NCBI GenBank assembly: GCA_009914755.4
Contig: CP086569.2
Span: forward strand, 2,112,001-2,176,000
DNA length: 64,000 nt
DNA from: the human T2T-CHM13v2.0 reference genome, Homo sapiens
Direction: 5' to 3'
The translations under genes and the position numbers were made by a program. The notes beneath the pieces were generated by a model, which saw only the letters and a list, made by a program, of their open reading frames with translations, was not told where the DNA came from and ran no database searches. Positions 1 through 15,976 of the stretch are shown here, piece after piece; within the stretch, counting starts at the first letter, position 1; each line of letters starts with the position of its first letter.

Positions 1-194
1 ATACGAGTAAAACATAAGATCAATGCATTATTGCCTGAATGTGAATATCCTCCTTGTGACATGGTATTATTGCTTTCCAAGATGTTACCACTGGGGGAAG
101 TAGACACAAGATTCTTTCCTATTATTTCTTACAACTGCTTATAAATCTACAATGATCTCAAAGTAAAAACCTTAATTGGAAAAAAAAAAAAAAA

Positions 195-525
<331 letters not shown>

Positions 526-608
526 GCTTACGCCATATGATATTTCATTCTTAAAAAACAGGAAAAACAAAAGTCCTATCCTTCTTGATCCTAGTACAGT
601 TGTTTTGA

Positions 609-975
<367 letters not shown>

Positions 976-1179
976 TGTGTTTTATGATTCCCGTTTGAAC
1001 TGCTGATCTTCCCACACCCTGGTCCCTTCATCTAACACTGAGGGCTGGAGACACAGTGAGTTTTGTCTACTGTCATGAGCTTCAGGGCATGGCAGGTACA
1101 GGTGTTGAGTTTTTGTTGTTTTATCATGAGGTTGGTGCAAAAGTTAATGGCAAAAGCAGCAATTACTTTTGCAGCAACA

Positions 1180-1182
<3 letters not shown>

Positions 1183-1230
<48 letters not shown>

Positions 1231-1241
1231 TACTACTACTG
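1183..1241. repeat. (ATT)n microsatellite followed by (ACT)3
   Basis: ATTATTATT... about 17 repeats. Confidence 0.95.
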
Positions 1242-1650
1242 ATAGGGTCTTGCTCTGTCACCCCGGCTGGAGTGCAGTGGTGAAAACACAGCTCACTGCA
1301 GCCTCAAACTCCCAGACTTAAGCAATCCTCCTGCCTCAGCCTCCTAGGCAGCTGGGACTACAGGCACGTGCCAGCACATCTGCCAGTTTTTTTTTTAATC
1401 TTTTGTAGAGACAGGGTCTTGCTCCATTGCTCAGGCTGATCTCAAACTCCTGTTTTCAAGTGATCCTCCTGCCTCAGTCCCCCAAGTAGCTGGAACTACA
1501 GGTGTGTGCCACCATGCCCCACTAATTTATTTTTATTTTTGTAGAGATGGGGTCTCACTATGTTGGCCGAGCTGATCTCAAACTCCTGGCCTCAAGTGAT
1601 CCTCCCACCTTGGCCTCCCGACGTGTTGCAATTATAGGCATGAACAGGCT
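1242..1650 (-). mobile_element. Composite of Alu fragments in reverse orientation
   Basis: Reverse-complement Alu consensus pieces (…GGGTCTTGCTCTGTCACCC.GGCTGGAGTGCAGTGG…, …TTGTAGAGA.GGGGTCTCACTATGTTGGCC…). Confidence 0.75.
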
Positions 1651-1691
1651 ACAGACCCCACCGTCATCTCCTCCATCAAAGAGGTTCCTGA

Positions 1692-2027
<336 letters not shown>

Positions 2028-2051
2028 AAGGTCATATTGAAAAGATGCTCA

Positions 2052-2352
2052 GCCGAGTCTGGTGGCTCATGTCTGTAATCCCAGCACTTTGGGAGGCCGA
2101 GGTAGAAAAATCACTAGGTCAGAAGTTCAAGACCAGCCTGACCAACATAGTGAAACCCCGTCTCTACTAAAAATACAAAAATTATCCAGGTGTGATGGTG
2201 TGCCCATGTGGTCCCAGCTACTCAGGAGGCTGAGGTGGGAGGATTGCTTGAGCCTGGGAGAGCAAGGCTGCAGTGAGCCATGTTCATATCAGTGCACTCC
2301 AGCCTAGGTGACAGAGCAAGACCCTGTCTCAAAAAAAAAAGAAGAAAAAAAA
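2052..2352 (+). mobile_element. Alu (+)
   Basis: Alu consensus, A-tail. Confidence 0.85.
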
Positions 2353-2389
2353 AAGCATCATTTCATTGTTGATATACCATTGTTTCCTA

Positions 2390-2390
<1 letters not shown>

Positions 2391-2425
<35 letters not shown>

Positions 2426-2447
2426 TGTGTGTGTGTGTGTGTGTCAC
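2391..2447. repeat. (GA)n(GT)n compound microsatellite
   Basis: GAGAGAGA...GTGTGTGT read directly. Confidence 0.95.
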
Positions 2448-2653
2448 AGTCCTCAAATTTGGGAGAGTAAAGTGAAGATGACCAGCAGCCAAAAACCCAA
2501 CAAAGCTGGTCCCAGGAACACATTTTCCTGATATGCAGTGTAACTTAGGTTCTTATAGAAGAAAGACCGTGTCACTCAACCACCATAATTAAGAACCTTC
2601 AGAGTCCAATTCATGAAAACTCACCGGCAGAACAATATGTGGCAACCATTCTA

Positions 2654-2914
<261 letters not shown>

Positions 2915-3014
2915 TCATTCATTTTAGGAACAGAATGATCTAGGAGTATTGGACTGCAGAGGAGAGGGAGGGAGAGAGCAGCTGGAGCTTCATATAGTTA
3001 CACATTACAGAATG

Positions 3015-3017
<3 letters not shown>

Positions 3018-3055
<38 letters not shown>

Positions 3056-3056
3056 G
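3018..3056. repeat. (CA)n(TA)n microsatellite
   Basis: ACACACAC...ATATATAT read directly. Confidence 0.95.
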
Positions 3057-3107
3057 CATTCATCTTAAAGTAAGATTGACAGCAAAGCATCAATAAAGAC
3101 TGCAAAC

Positions 3108-3408
3108 CGGCCACGTGCAGTGGCTTCACGCCTGTAATCCCAGCACTTTGGGAGGCTAAGGTGGGCGGATCACCTGAGGTCAGAAGTTTGAGACCAGCCT
3201 GACTAACATGGTGAAACCCCATCTCTACTAAAAATTAAAAAATTAGCCGGGCGAGATGGCTGGCGCCTGTAATCCTGCCTCAGGAGGGTGAGGCAGGAGA
3301 ATCGCTTGAACCCAGGAGGCGGACATTGCGGTGAGCCGAGATCACGCCACTGCACTCCAGCCTGGGGGACAGAGCAAGACTCCATCTCAAAATAAAAAAA
3401 AAAAAAAA
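3108..3408 (+). mobile_element. Alu (+)
   Basis: Alu consensus, A-tail. Confidence 0.85.
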
Positions 3409-3590
3409 ATGGTCGTTCATTTCAGGAACAGAATGATCTAGGAGAGTACTGGACTGCAGAGGAGAGGGAAGGAGAGAGCAGGTGGAGCTTCATATATTCA
3501 CACATTACAGAATGTATACACATACATATATATGCATTCGTCTTAAAGTAAGATTGACAGCAAAGCATCAACAAAGACCTGCAAACTGGC

Positions 3591-3890
<300 letters not shown>

Positions 3891-4815
3891 AAATAAAAAC
3901 AGCTTAAAAATAAAGTAAAATAACATAAAAGCTTAAAATATAAAATAAAATTTAAGAGGTCATTCATTTCAGGAAAAGACTGATCTACGAGAATTGGACT
4001 GCAGAGGAAAGAGAGGGAGAGAGCAGCTGGAGCTTCATATATTCACACATTACAGAATGTATATACATATATATACGCATTCATCTTAAAGTAAGAGTGA
4101 CAGCAAAGCATCAATAAAGACCTTCAATCCATACTCTGACAAGTTCCTTTGTCCAGTGGTCCTCAAGCTTTTTGGCACCAGGAACCAGTTTCATGGAAGA
4201 CCATTTTTCCACTGATGTGGGGTGGGGGATGGTTTGGGAATGATTGAAGTGCATTCTATTTATCATGCACTTTATTTCTATTATTATTACACTGTAATAG
4301 AGAATGAAGTAATTATGAAACTCACCATCGTGTAGAATCAGTGGAAGCCCTGAGCTTGTTTTCCTGCAACTAGACGGTCCCATCTGCGTGCGGGTGATGA
4401 GAGCCAGTGACAGATCATCAGGCATTAGATTTTCATACGGAGCACGCCACCTAGGTCCCTCACATGTTCAGTTCACAGTAGGGTTCATGCTCCTATGAGA
4501 CTCTAATGCCACCACTGATCTCATAGGAGGCAGAGCTCAGGAGGTAATATGAGCTATGGGGAGCAGCTGTCAATACAGATGAAGCTTTGCTCACTCACAC
4601 TCTACTCACCTCCTGCTGCACAGCCCAGTTACTAAAAGGCTGGGGACCGGTACTGGATGCAAGGATACAAGGATGCAAGAGATGCTAAAATTCATTAAAA
4701 TGGGTCCACGGATGCCCTGCATTCTTCACACTCTCCAATTAATCTTGTGAATTCAGCATTGAGTCACTGAAGGTCACAGTGAGTCCCACTTCTGATTTAC
4801 CCACTTTTGAAATGA

Positions 4816-5200
<385 letters not shown>

Positions 5201-5254
5201 AAGCAGAAGATGCCGCATCCAGCTCATTTCTGCTTTTTAAATGTTTTTCTTTCT

Positions 5255-5320
5255 TTCTTTTTTTTTTTGAAACGGAGTCTCGCTCTGTCACCCAGGCTGG
5301 AGTGCAGTGGCGGGATCTCT
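5255..5320 (-). mobile_element. Alu fragment (-)
   Basis: TTTTTTTTTGAAACGGAGTCTCGCTCTGTCACCCAGGCTGGAGTGCAGTGGCGGGATCTC. Confidence 0.75.
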
Positions 5321-6511
5321 AGCCTTCATCTTTCTCCCATGCTGGATGCTTCCTGCCCTCGAACATCAAGACCCCAGGGTCTTTGGGTTTTGGACCGTTG
5401 GACCTACACCAGTGATTTGCCAGGGGCTCCTGGACCTTCGACCACAGACTGAAGGCCGCACTCTCAGCTTGCCTACTTTTGAGGTTTTGGGCCTTGGACT
5501 GGCTTCCTGGCTCCTCAGCTTGCAGACGGCCTATTGTGGGACTTCACCTTGTGATCGTGTGAGTCAATTATCCTAGTAAACTCCCCTTCATATACACATC
5601 AGTCCTATTCGTTCTGTCCCTGTAGATCACCCTGACTTGAACAGCATGAAGAGCAACGCTGTAACCAGCCCTGTCCTGACTGAGGCAGCCGAATGAGAAT
5701 CAGCAATGAGGAGCTACAGACGACGCAGACGGCACCAGTAGCTACCGCCCAGGATGCATGGACACTCTAGTTTCCACAGCCACATTCAAGTTCTGGAACA
5801 CCACGGCTTCCGGCTGTCTTCAGTGAAGACGGAGCACGTGTCAGTCCCAGGGTGCAATGATCACACCTCGGAGCTTTCCAAAATTCTATCTCATCACGTT
5901 CACCAACAAAGACATCCAAGGAGCAGAATTCAAAGTCAAGGAAGCCTGTGAAATTCACAAGGAGCAAGAAGAACAAAGGCTAAGGACTATTTGACAGGAG
6001 GGGAAGAGGCCTGGTCCCTGGGTTCTCCAAGGCAACGCGGTGGAATGTGTTTTGACGTGTCTTCAAGTCTGAAAGGAACCTGGTCCTTCCATTCCCTGGA
6101 TGCTATGTCTCTCTTAGTGGCTTTGCAATGATGTCATCTGTGGACACAGATCTGCATGAGTGACAGTTCTGCAGAGAAACAACCAGTAGGATATATATAT
6201 AGAGAGAAAGAGATTTTAAAGAACTGGCTCCCAAGATGTGGGGGAGGGGCAAAACCAAAATGTGCAGGGTAGACCAGCAGGCCAGATGCCCATGGAGACA
6301 TGATGTCGCAGCTCAAGTCTGAAGGTGGATTCCAGATAGAATTCCCTCTTCCTTGGAGGAGGGACTCTTTTTACCTCTTAAGACCTTCCACTGATTAGGC
6401 AAGGCCCACCCACATTATGAACAGCTATCGGCTTCACTCAAAGTCTACTGAAAATCTCATTATTGGGTACACACCCAGAGGAATATAAATTGTTCTACCA
6501 TAAAGACTCAC

Positions 6512-6762
<251 letters not shown>

Positions 6763-6779
6763 AATCAACACGTATTTTG

Positions 6780-7215
6780 TATTTATATATATTATATACT
6801 ACATTCTCAACACATGTTTGTATTTATTTTGTGTTTCTATGTATTATATACTGCATTCTTACAGTAAAGTAAGCTAGAGAAAAGAAAATGCTATTAAGAA
6901 AATCTTAAGGAAGAGAAAACATATGTACTACTCATCGAGTGGAAGTGGATCATCCTAAAGGTCTCCATCCTCATCGTCTCCACGCTGAAGAAGCTGAGGA
7001 GGAGGAGGAGGAACAAAAAGGGTTGTTCTTGCTGTCTCGGGGGTGGCAGAGGTGGCAGAAAATCCACATATAAATGGACCTATGGAGTTTACACCTGTGT
7101 TGTTCAAAGGTCAACTGTATATATTATAATATATATGATATATGATGATATATAATTACATTGTATAATATATTATGGGTGTCTATGTGTGTGTGTATAT
7201 ATATATATTCAGTTC
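6780..7215. repeat. AT-rich low-complexity (TA-rich) region
   Basis: Runs of TATATAT / ATATGATATATGATGATATATAATTACATTGTATAATATATTATG. Confidence 0.7.
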
Positions 7216-7759
7216 CATCCAGGTATGGATAATAAAGCCCAGTACGTATGCAACACACTGGCCATCAGCGTCACGCCTAGTTATCATGCTGGCCGGTAAA
7301 CAACGTGTCTTTGCAGTCCTGTGCCTGAGATCATACCCTTCCCAGTGCCACAGGTCCCCAAATCACTGCATTATTTCTAGAAAAACCCAGCCGCGATTTC
7401 CTAGAAACAAGAACCCCAGGAAGTGTAATCAAGTACCATCTTCTGGAAATTGAGACATCTGAGATGAAAAGTGTGACTTGTTAACTGCCACGTAGAAGCT
7501 CTCAGGAATATTCCCTTTCCGAAGACATTTGTACAAACTGAAGGGTTCTGTACTAACAGAGAATGCTATTGCCTCTTTCCCCAAGGAAACACAGCTTAAG
7601 GAATGTTCCCCTCAATGCACCATCTGTCACCAGACACGTGCGTGTTCCGTCACATGTCACTATGATAAGACAATGACTTGTGTGTGTGTCAATCTAGAAG
7701 CTGAGTATTACCTTGAAATCAAGAGGGAGGCGGAGTTTCTCAACCTCATTTTACTTTTT

Positions 7760-8050
<291 letters not shown>

Positions 8051-8446
8051 TGGCCCTCAACCTTACTTTAGCCCAGGGGTCTAACTCCTGGGCAGATATC
8101 CTAAGATTCTTACAGAAAACCAAAGGCAAACAAGTCCAGTCAAGGCAGCATGCAAAACCACCATACTTGGCAAGTGATGTACATTCTCTACCCATTCTCC
8201 AAGGGGAGTTCTGCCTCTCCGGACACAGCACCCCGAAACGAGACCCTGTTACTCAAATGAGCTGCATGACAGGGGAAATGATGGATCAAGCAATGACAGC
8301 ATTTGGGCTCTGCTCTTATTTTTAACTTGTATCACATGCTGGGCACCGTTACACTCACCTGGAAGCAATGCTTTAAGGACAAGTTCTTTCCAACAGTGAG
8401 AATAACTCGTGTGAGAGAAGATGAGATGGTAAAAAAAAGAGCCAAT

Positions 8447-8835
<389 letters not shown>

Positions 8836-9274
8836 CTAAAAATCTAAAATCTGCTTATTCCACAGCCCCTCAGTAGGCTGCTACTGTTTGTTTTTAGCCG
8901 TCTACTAAATTTCATTGATACATGTTTCTGCCTTCTTGGTGATCCCAAATACAACAATTTATTCACACATGAAATTGAAAATGTGATAATTCTGCAAGCA
9001 CACACCCCTTAAGATATGACTCTCAGCTCACAGGCTTTCTCCTCTAAACATTTATATTCAGTAACAGGTATTTGATTCCTCTTGAATTTTAATGAGGAAG
9101 GCACTTACGAGGACTCTTAGAGGCCGTGTTTAAGGGTCATTCATTATGCCCTCCATTAAATCAAGTGGCAACAGCAAACCACGCAGGTGAGGAGACCTGG
9201 GCGGCAGACGGGACAGTGTCTGAGGGTATGTGTTTGGGTTTCTCTAGCTGTTGAACAATTACACACATGAGGGA

Positions 9275-9570
9275 CTGGGCACTGTGCCCCATGCCTGTAA
9301 TCCCAGCACTCTGGGAGGCCCAGGTGGGAAGATCCATTGAGGCCCAGAGTTCCAGACGAACCTGGGAAACATAGTGAGACGCCATCTCTACAAATAATTT
9401 TTTTAAAAACTTGCCTGGGCATGATGGCACACACCTGGAGTCCCAGCTATCATGAGGCTGAGGTGGGAGCATGGCTTGAGTCCAGGAGGTCAAAGCTGCA
9501 GTGAGCCATGATCATGCCACTGCACTCTAGCCTGTGGGACACAGCAAGACCCAGTCTCCAAAAAAAAAAT
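9275..9570 (+). mobile_element. AluJ-like (+)
   Basis: Diverged Alu consensus, A-tail. Confidence 0.8.
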
Positions 9571-9598
9571 GTTAAAAATTAAAAATAATAAAAAATTA

Positions 9599-9890
<292 letters not shown>

Positions 9891-10265
9891 GAACATTAGA
9901 TAGTACCGGACACGCTGGGTTGGACACAGGGCCGAAAAGGGCTAACTATAAACAACTTTTAGGCAATTTCCGAAAAAGTTGCATGTCAGAAAAAGGAAAG
10001 GTGGGCTTTCCCAGGAACTGCGTACCACCTATATTTTGCCGTGACCAGGATTTTTATATAAGCCCACGTCCTATGTGTATTTCACAGCACTAACCTTCAC
10101 CTTCAAAACAAGGAGCGTTTCTTTGACTCCTCCTTCTTGGAAAATTTATCAATCAAGAAAAAAAAAAGCTTAACCATTACTGTATTTTTTTAAAGAATGG
10201 TATTTGCTACAATCTGAAAGTTTGTGTTCCTCCCCCAAATTCCTGCGTTGAAATCCTCACCCCCA
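9891..10265 (+). mobile_element. Paralogous segment ending in a MaLR-type LTR 3' part, copy 1 (cut short by minisatellite array 1)
   Basis: GAACATTAGATAGTACCGGACACGCTGGGTTGGACACAGG...GTGTTCCTCCCCCAAATTCCTGCGTTGAAATCCTCACCCC, homologous to 15197-15840 and 27281-27928. Confidence 0.7.
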
Positions 10266-12180
10266 AGGGACCGCTGCCGTGGGTACACTGAAGACTTTCC
10301 CTAAGAATGCGGCCAAGGGACCGCTGCCCTGTACACAAGGAAGAGGTTCCCTAAGAATGCGGCCAAGGGACCACCGCCATGTACACACTGAAGATGTTCC
10401 CTAACAATGTGGCCAAGGGACCACCCTGAAGACGTTCCCTAAGCATGCAGCCAAGGGACTGCCACCGTGTACACACTGAAAACATTCCCTAAGAATGCAG
10501 CAAAGGAACAGCACTGAAGATGTTCTCTAGGCATGTGGCCAAGGGACTGCCACCGTGTACACACTGAGGACGTTCCCTAAGCATGTGGCTAAGGGACTCC
10601 GCCATGTACACACTGAAGATGTTCCCTAAGAATGTGGCCAAGGGACCGACGCCATGTACACACTGAACACATTTCCTAAGAATGTGGTCAAGGGACCGCA
10701 CTGAAGACGTTCCCTAAGAATGCAGCCAAGGGACCGCTGCTGTGTATTCACTAAAGACATTCCCTAAGTTTGTGGCTAAGGGACCGCCATCATGTACACA
10801 CTGAAGATGTTCCCGAAGAACGTGGCAAAGGGACCGCACTGAAGACGTTCCAGAAGTGTGCGGCCAAGGGACTACCACCATGTACACACTAAAGACATTC
10901 CCTAAGAATGTGGCTAAGGGACTGCCGCCATGTACACACTAAAAATGTTCCCTAAGAATGTGGCCAAGGGACCCACACCATGTACAAACTGAAGACGTTC
11001 CCTAAGAATGTGGACAGGGGACTGCCGCTGTGTAGGCACTGAAGACATTCCCTAAGCATGTGGCCAAGGGACCTCACTGAAGACGTTCCCTAAGAATGTG
11101 GCCAAGGGACCGCCACCGTGTACACACTGCAGACGTTCCCTAAGCATGTGGCCCAAGGGACGACAGCTGTGTACACACTGAAGACGGTCTCGAGGCTTGT
11201 GGCTAAGGGACCACCGCCATGTACACACTGAAGATGGTCCCTAACAATGCGGCCAAGAGACCACCGCCATGTACACACTGAAGACGGTCCCTAAGAATGC
11301 GGCCAAGGGACCACCTCCATGTACACACTGAAGACATTCCCTAAGCATGGGCTAAGGGACGGTAGCCATGTACACACTGAAGAAGTTCCCTAAAAATGTG
11401 GCCAAGGGACCACCGCCATGTACTCACTGAAGATGTTCCCTAAGAATGTGGCCAAGGGATCGACACCATGTACAGAAGAAGACGTTCCCTAAGAATGTGG
11501 ACAAGGGACTGCCACTGTGTAGGCACTGAAGACATTCCCTAAGAAAGCAGCCAAGGGACCGCAAGGAAGATGTTCCCAAAGAATGGGGCCAAGGGACCGT
11601 TGCAGTGTACACACTGAACATGTTAGCTATGTATGTGGCTGAGGGGCCGCCGCCATGTACGCACTGAAGCCATGTACGCACTAAAGACATTCCCTAAGAA
11701 TGCAGCCAAGGGACGGCACTGAAGACATTCCCTAGGCATGAGGCCAAGGGACCGCCACGGGTACACACTGAAGACATTCCCTAAGCATGTGGCTAAGGGA
11801 CCACCGCCCTGTACACAAACCGTGTACACACTGAAGATATTCCCTAAGAATGTGGCCAAGGAACAGCACTGAAGACGTTCCCTAAGCTTGTGGCTAAGGG
11901 ACCACCGCCCTGTACACAAACCGTGTACACACTGAAGATATTCCCTAAGAATGTGGCCAAGGAACACCACTGAAGACGTTCCCTAAGCATGCAGCCAAGG
12001 GACTGCCACCGTGTACACACTGAAGACATTCACTAAGAATGTGGCTAAGGGACTGCTGCCATGTACACACTGAAGATGTTCCCAAGCATGTGACCAAGGG
12101 ACCAACGCCGTATACACACTGAAGATGTTTCCAAAGAATATGACCAAGGGACCGCCACCTTGTACACAGTAAAGACATTC
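10266..12180. repeat. Minisatellite array 1: ~40 tandem units of 50 bp (CTGAAGACGTTCCCTAAGAATGTGGCCAAGGGACCGCCGCCATGTACACA) with 37-bp short variants
   Basis: Direct head-to-tail repetition read in the sequence. The 5' end abuts a MaLR LTR fragment directly (no U segment). The 3' end grades into an old L1 3' fragment. Confidence 0.95.
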
Positions 12181-13630
12181 CCCAAGGTTCAGTCATGGGC
12201 CTGTGAAACATCACAGGAAAGAATGATGTGCAGGATCCAGTTATTCCACCATAAGGTGTGTACCCAAAGGAAAGGAAATCAGCCCATCAACGGGATACCT
12301 GCACCCCCTGTGCACTGCAGCACTACTCACAGTTTCCAAGATATAGAATCAACCCATGTGTCAATCAACACATGAGTGCCTCAAGCAAATGTGGCATAGA
12401 CACACAGTGGAATAGTATGCAGCCATGAAAAAGGAAATCCTGCCATTTGCAACAACATGGATGGGACTGGAAAATACAATGTGAAGTGAAATAAACCAGG
12501 CACAGAGAGAATACCATATCATCTCGTATGTAGAATCTAAAAAAGCTGAATGCATAAAAGCAGAGAGTGCAATGGTGGTTGCCAGGGAAGAATGCTTCAT
12601 GAAGTGTTTGTCAAAGAACATAACATTTCAGTTGGAGGCCAGGAGCGGTGGCTTATGTCCGGAATCACAATGCTATGGAAGGCTGAGGAAGGAGGACCAC
12701 TGAAGGCCAGAAGTTTGAGACAAGCCTGGGCAACGTAATGAAACCCCATCTCTAAAAAAAAAACAAAAACAAAAAAATTAGCTGGGTATGGTGGCATGCA
12801 CCTGTAGTCCCAGCTACTTGGGAGGCTGAGGCAGGAGGATCACTTCAGCCCAGGAATTCAAGACCAGCCTGAGCAACATAGCAAGATCCCATCTACATAA
12901 AAAATTTAAAAATTAACCAGGTGTGGTGGTGTGCACCTGTAGTCCCAGCTACCTGGGAGGCTCAGGAGGGTCACCTGAGCCAGGAGTTGGAGGCTGCAGT
13001 GAGCTATGAACATGACGCTGCACTCCACCGTGGGTGATAGGGTGAGACTGTCTCAAAAAAATATAAATTACATTAAAATTAAATTTTTTCAGTTACATAA
13101 AAGAAATAAATTCAAAGATCTATCACACCACAGTGATCATAGTTAATAATACATCGCATCTTTCAAAATGACTAAAAGTAGATTTTACATATTCTGACCA
13201 CAAAAAAAAGTAGGTGAGGTGATATAGGTTAGAGTTAAGGTTATGTGAATATGTTAATTAGCTTGTTAATATGTTAATTAGCTTGATTGTTAATGTGTTT
13301 ATTAGCTTGATTATTAATATGTTAATTGACTTGATTGTTAATATAGTATCTAGCTTGATTTAATCACCGCACAATGTGTACTTGGATTAAAACATCACGT
13401 ACCTCATATATATGTATACGATTATTTTTTGTTAATGAACAATACATTTTCTATAAAAATGACTCGCATTTCCAGGCAGAAAGCAAAACAAGTCCCAGTT
13501 TTGAGGACAGCTGTGACATATTTAATGGTGTCTCTTCTTAATTCAACACAGTTTACACGACCATGACACAAGGGGTTCCAAGTTTCCAAGGAAAGGATTC
13601 CAGTTATGTGCTCAAGGTGTATCCACACTG
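12181..13630 (+). mobile_element. Old L1 (L1M/L1PB-like) ORF2-end/3'-UTR fragment plus shared downstream flank, paralog copy 1; carries a FLAM+Alu insertion
   Basis: Matches the L1 3' region (...CCCATCAACGGGATACCTGCA..., ...GCAGAGAGTGCAATGGTGGTTGCCAGGG..., ...ATATGTTAATTAGCTTGATTG...ATCACGT..ACCTCATATATATGTATAC...). Contains an internal ~24-bp tandem expansion. Confidence 0.75.
12645..13063 (+). mobile_element. FLAM + Alu (+) inside old L1 copy 1
   Basis: Left-monomer-like unit followed by a full Alu. Same insertion in all 5 L1 paralogs. Confidence 0.8.
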
Positions 13631-14227
<597 letters not shown>

Positions 14228-14655
14228 TGGTTGAGACAGGGTCACACCCAGGCGATTGCCCAACCTGGAGTGCAGTGGCATGATGCTAGCTCACTGCAGC
14301 CTCAACCTCCTTGGGCTCAGGCGATCCTTCAGCCTCAGCCTCCCAAGTAGCTGTGACCACACACGCGTGCCACCACATTTGGCTAATTTTTATGTTTGTA
14401 TTTTTAGACACAGCACCTCTCGCTTGGTTGCCCAGGCTGTGGTCACAGCTCACTGCAGCCTCCAACTCCCACGCTCAAGTGATCCTCCCACCTCTGCCTC
14501 CTGAGTAGCTGGGAATATAAGCACATACTAATTTTTTCTATTTTTAGTAGAGATGGAGTTTGGCCATGTTGCCCAGGCTGGTCTCAATCTCCTGTACTCA
14601 AGCGATCCACCGGCCTAAAGTGCTGGGATTACGGGCGTGAGCCACCACGCCTGGC
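14228..14655 (-). mobile_element. Two Alu elements (-)
   Basis: Reverse-complement Alu consensus ×2. Confidence 0.85.
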
Positions 14656-15064
14656 CATGCAGCTGTTTTAATAAGCAATTCTGAGAAGACACAAATGCCC
14701 CCCTGCTCTTTTGTAATAATACTAACACAGATTACCGAATTACACTGACGAAAACCTCACATGCGTTACCTAAGGAAACACAGAGCCCCCAGTGTTAGAT
14801 CTGAATTGTTTCTCCACCCAGGACAAATAAGTGCATTCCAATTAGTGCCTCAAAAAAAAAAGGAAAAAAGTACCAATAAATAAATAAATAAATAAAACAC
14901 AGTAGAGCAGTTTCAACAAACTCCAGCCCTTATTTTTGGAAGGCCCACTTGTCAAGAACAGTGTTTATGTTTATAAATGTTTTTTCTGAATTTCTCAATG
15001 CTTAGGGAAAAAAAGTCAAAAGAGCAATATTATTTCTTGACACAACATTTATATAAAATTTAGT
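14656..15064 (+). repeat. Paralogous segment V, copy 1
   Basis: AGCTGTTTTAATAAGCAATTCTGAGAAGACACAAATGCC...TTAGATCTGAATTGTTTCTCCACCCAGGACAAATAAGTG... recurs at 26719 and 48298. Confidence 0.85.
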
Positions 15065-15070
15065 AATCCA

Positions 15071-15196
15071 AACTACTCAGGAGGCTGAGACAGGAGAATC
15101 GCTCGAACCCGGGAGGTGAAGGTTGCAGCGAGCCAAGATCGCGTCACTGTACTCCAGGCTTGGCAACAAGAGCAAAACTCTGTCTCAAAAAAAAAG
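15071..15196 (+). mobile_element. Alu right-half (+), duplication boundary
   Basis: Begins mid-Alu at ...ACTACTCAGGAGGCTGAGACAGGAGAATCGCT... after unrelated sequence. Confidence 0.8.
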
Positions 15197-15840
15197 AATG
15201 TTAGATAGTATCGGACATGCTGGGTTGGACACAGGACTGAAGAGCTAACTATAAACAATTTTAGGCAATTTCCACAAAAGTTACATGTCAGAAAAAGGAA
15301 AGGTGGGCTTTCCCAGGTTCTGCGTACCACCTATATTTTACCGTGACCAAGATTTTATAAGCCCAAGTCCCACGTATATTTTACAGCACTAACATTCACC
15401 TTCAAAGCAAGGAGGGTTTCTGTGTCTCCTCCTTCTTGGAAAATTTATCAAATTAAAAAAAAAAAAAGCTTAACTATTACTGTATGTTTTTAAAGAATGG
15501 TATTTGCTATATATAGTCTGAAAGTTTGTATTCCTCCCCCAAATTCCTGCATTGAAATCCTCACCCCTAAGACAATGGAGTCAGGAGGTGGGAGACTTGG
15601 GAGGTGATGAGATCATGGGGATCGAGCCTCATGAATGGGATCAGTGTCCTTATAAAAGGGACCCCAGAGAGCTCCCTCGCCCCTTCCACGCAGAGAAAAT
15701 GCATCATCTATGAACCAGGAAGTGGGTCCCCACCAGACACTGAATCCGCCACGATCTTAAACCTCCAACCTTTAGAACTGTGAGTGACAAATGTCTGTAG
15801 TTTATAAATTACCCAACTGAAGGTATTTTATTTTAGCAGC
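15197..15840 (+). mobile_element. Paralogous segment with MaLR (MST/MLT-like) LTR 3' end, copy 2
   Basis: ...GATCATGGGGATCGAGCCTCATGAATGGGATCAGTGTCCTTATAAAAGGGACCCCAGAGAGCTCCCTCGCCCCTTCCAC...CCTTTAGAACTGTGAGTGACAAATGTCTGTAGTTTATAAATTACCCAACTGAAGGTATTTTATTTTAGCAGC, typical MaLR LTR terminus. Confidence 0.7.

Positions 15841-15976
<136 letters not shown>

Noticed and set aside
12160-12375. Plus-strand ORFs in old L1 fragments (e.g. 12160-12375, 22960-23283, 34537-34802)
   Set aside because: These are remnants of the L1 ORF2 C-terminus and 3' UTR. They are truncated and mutated and are not independent genes.
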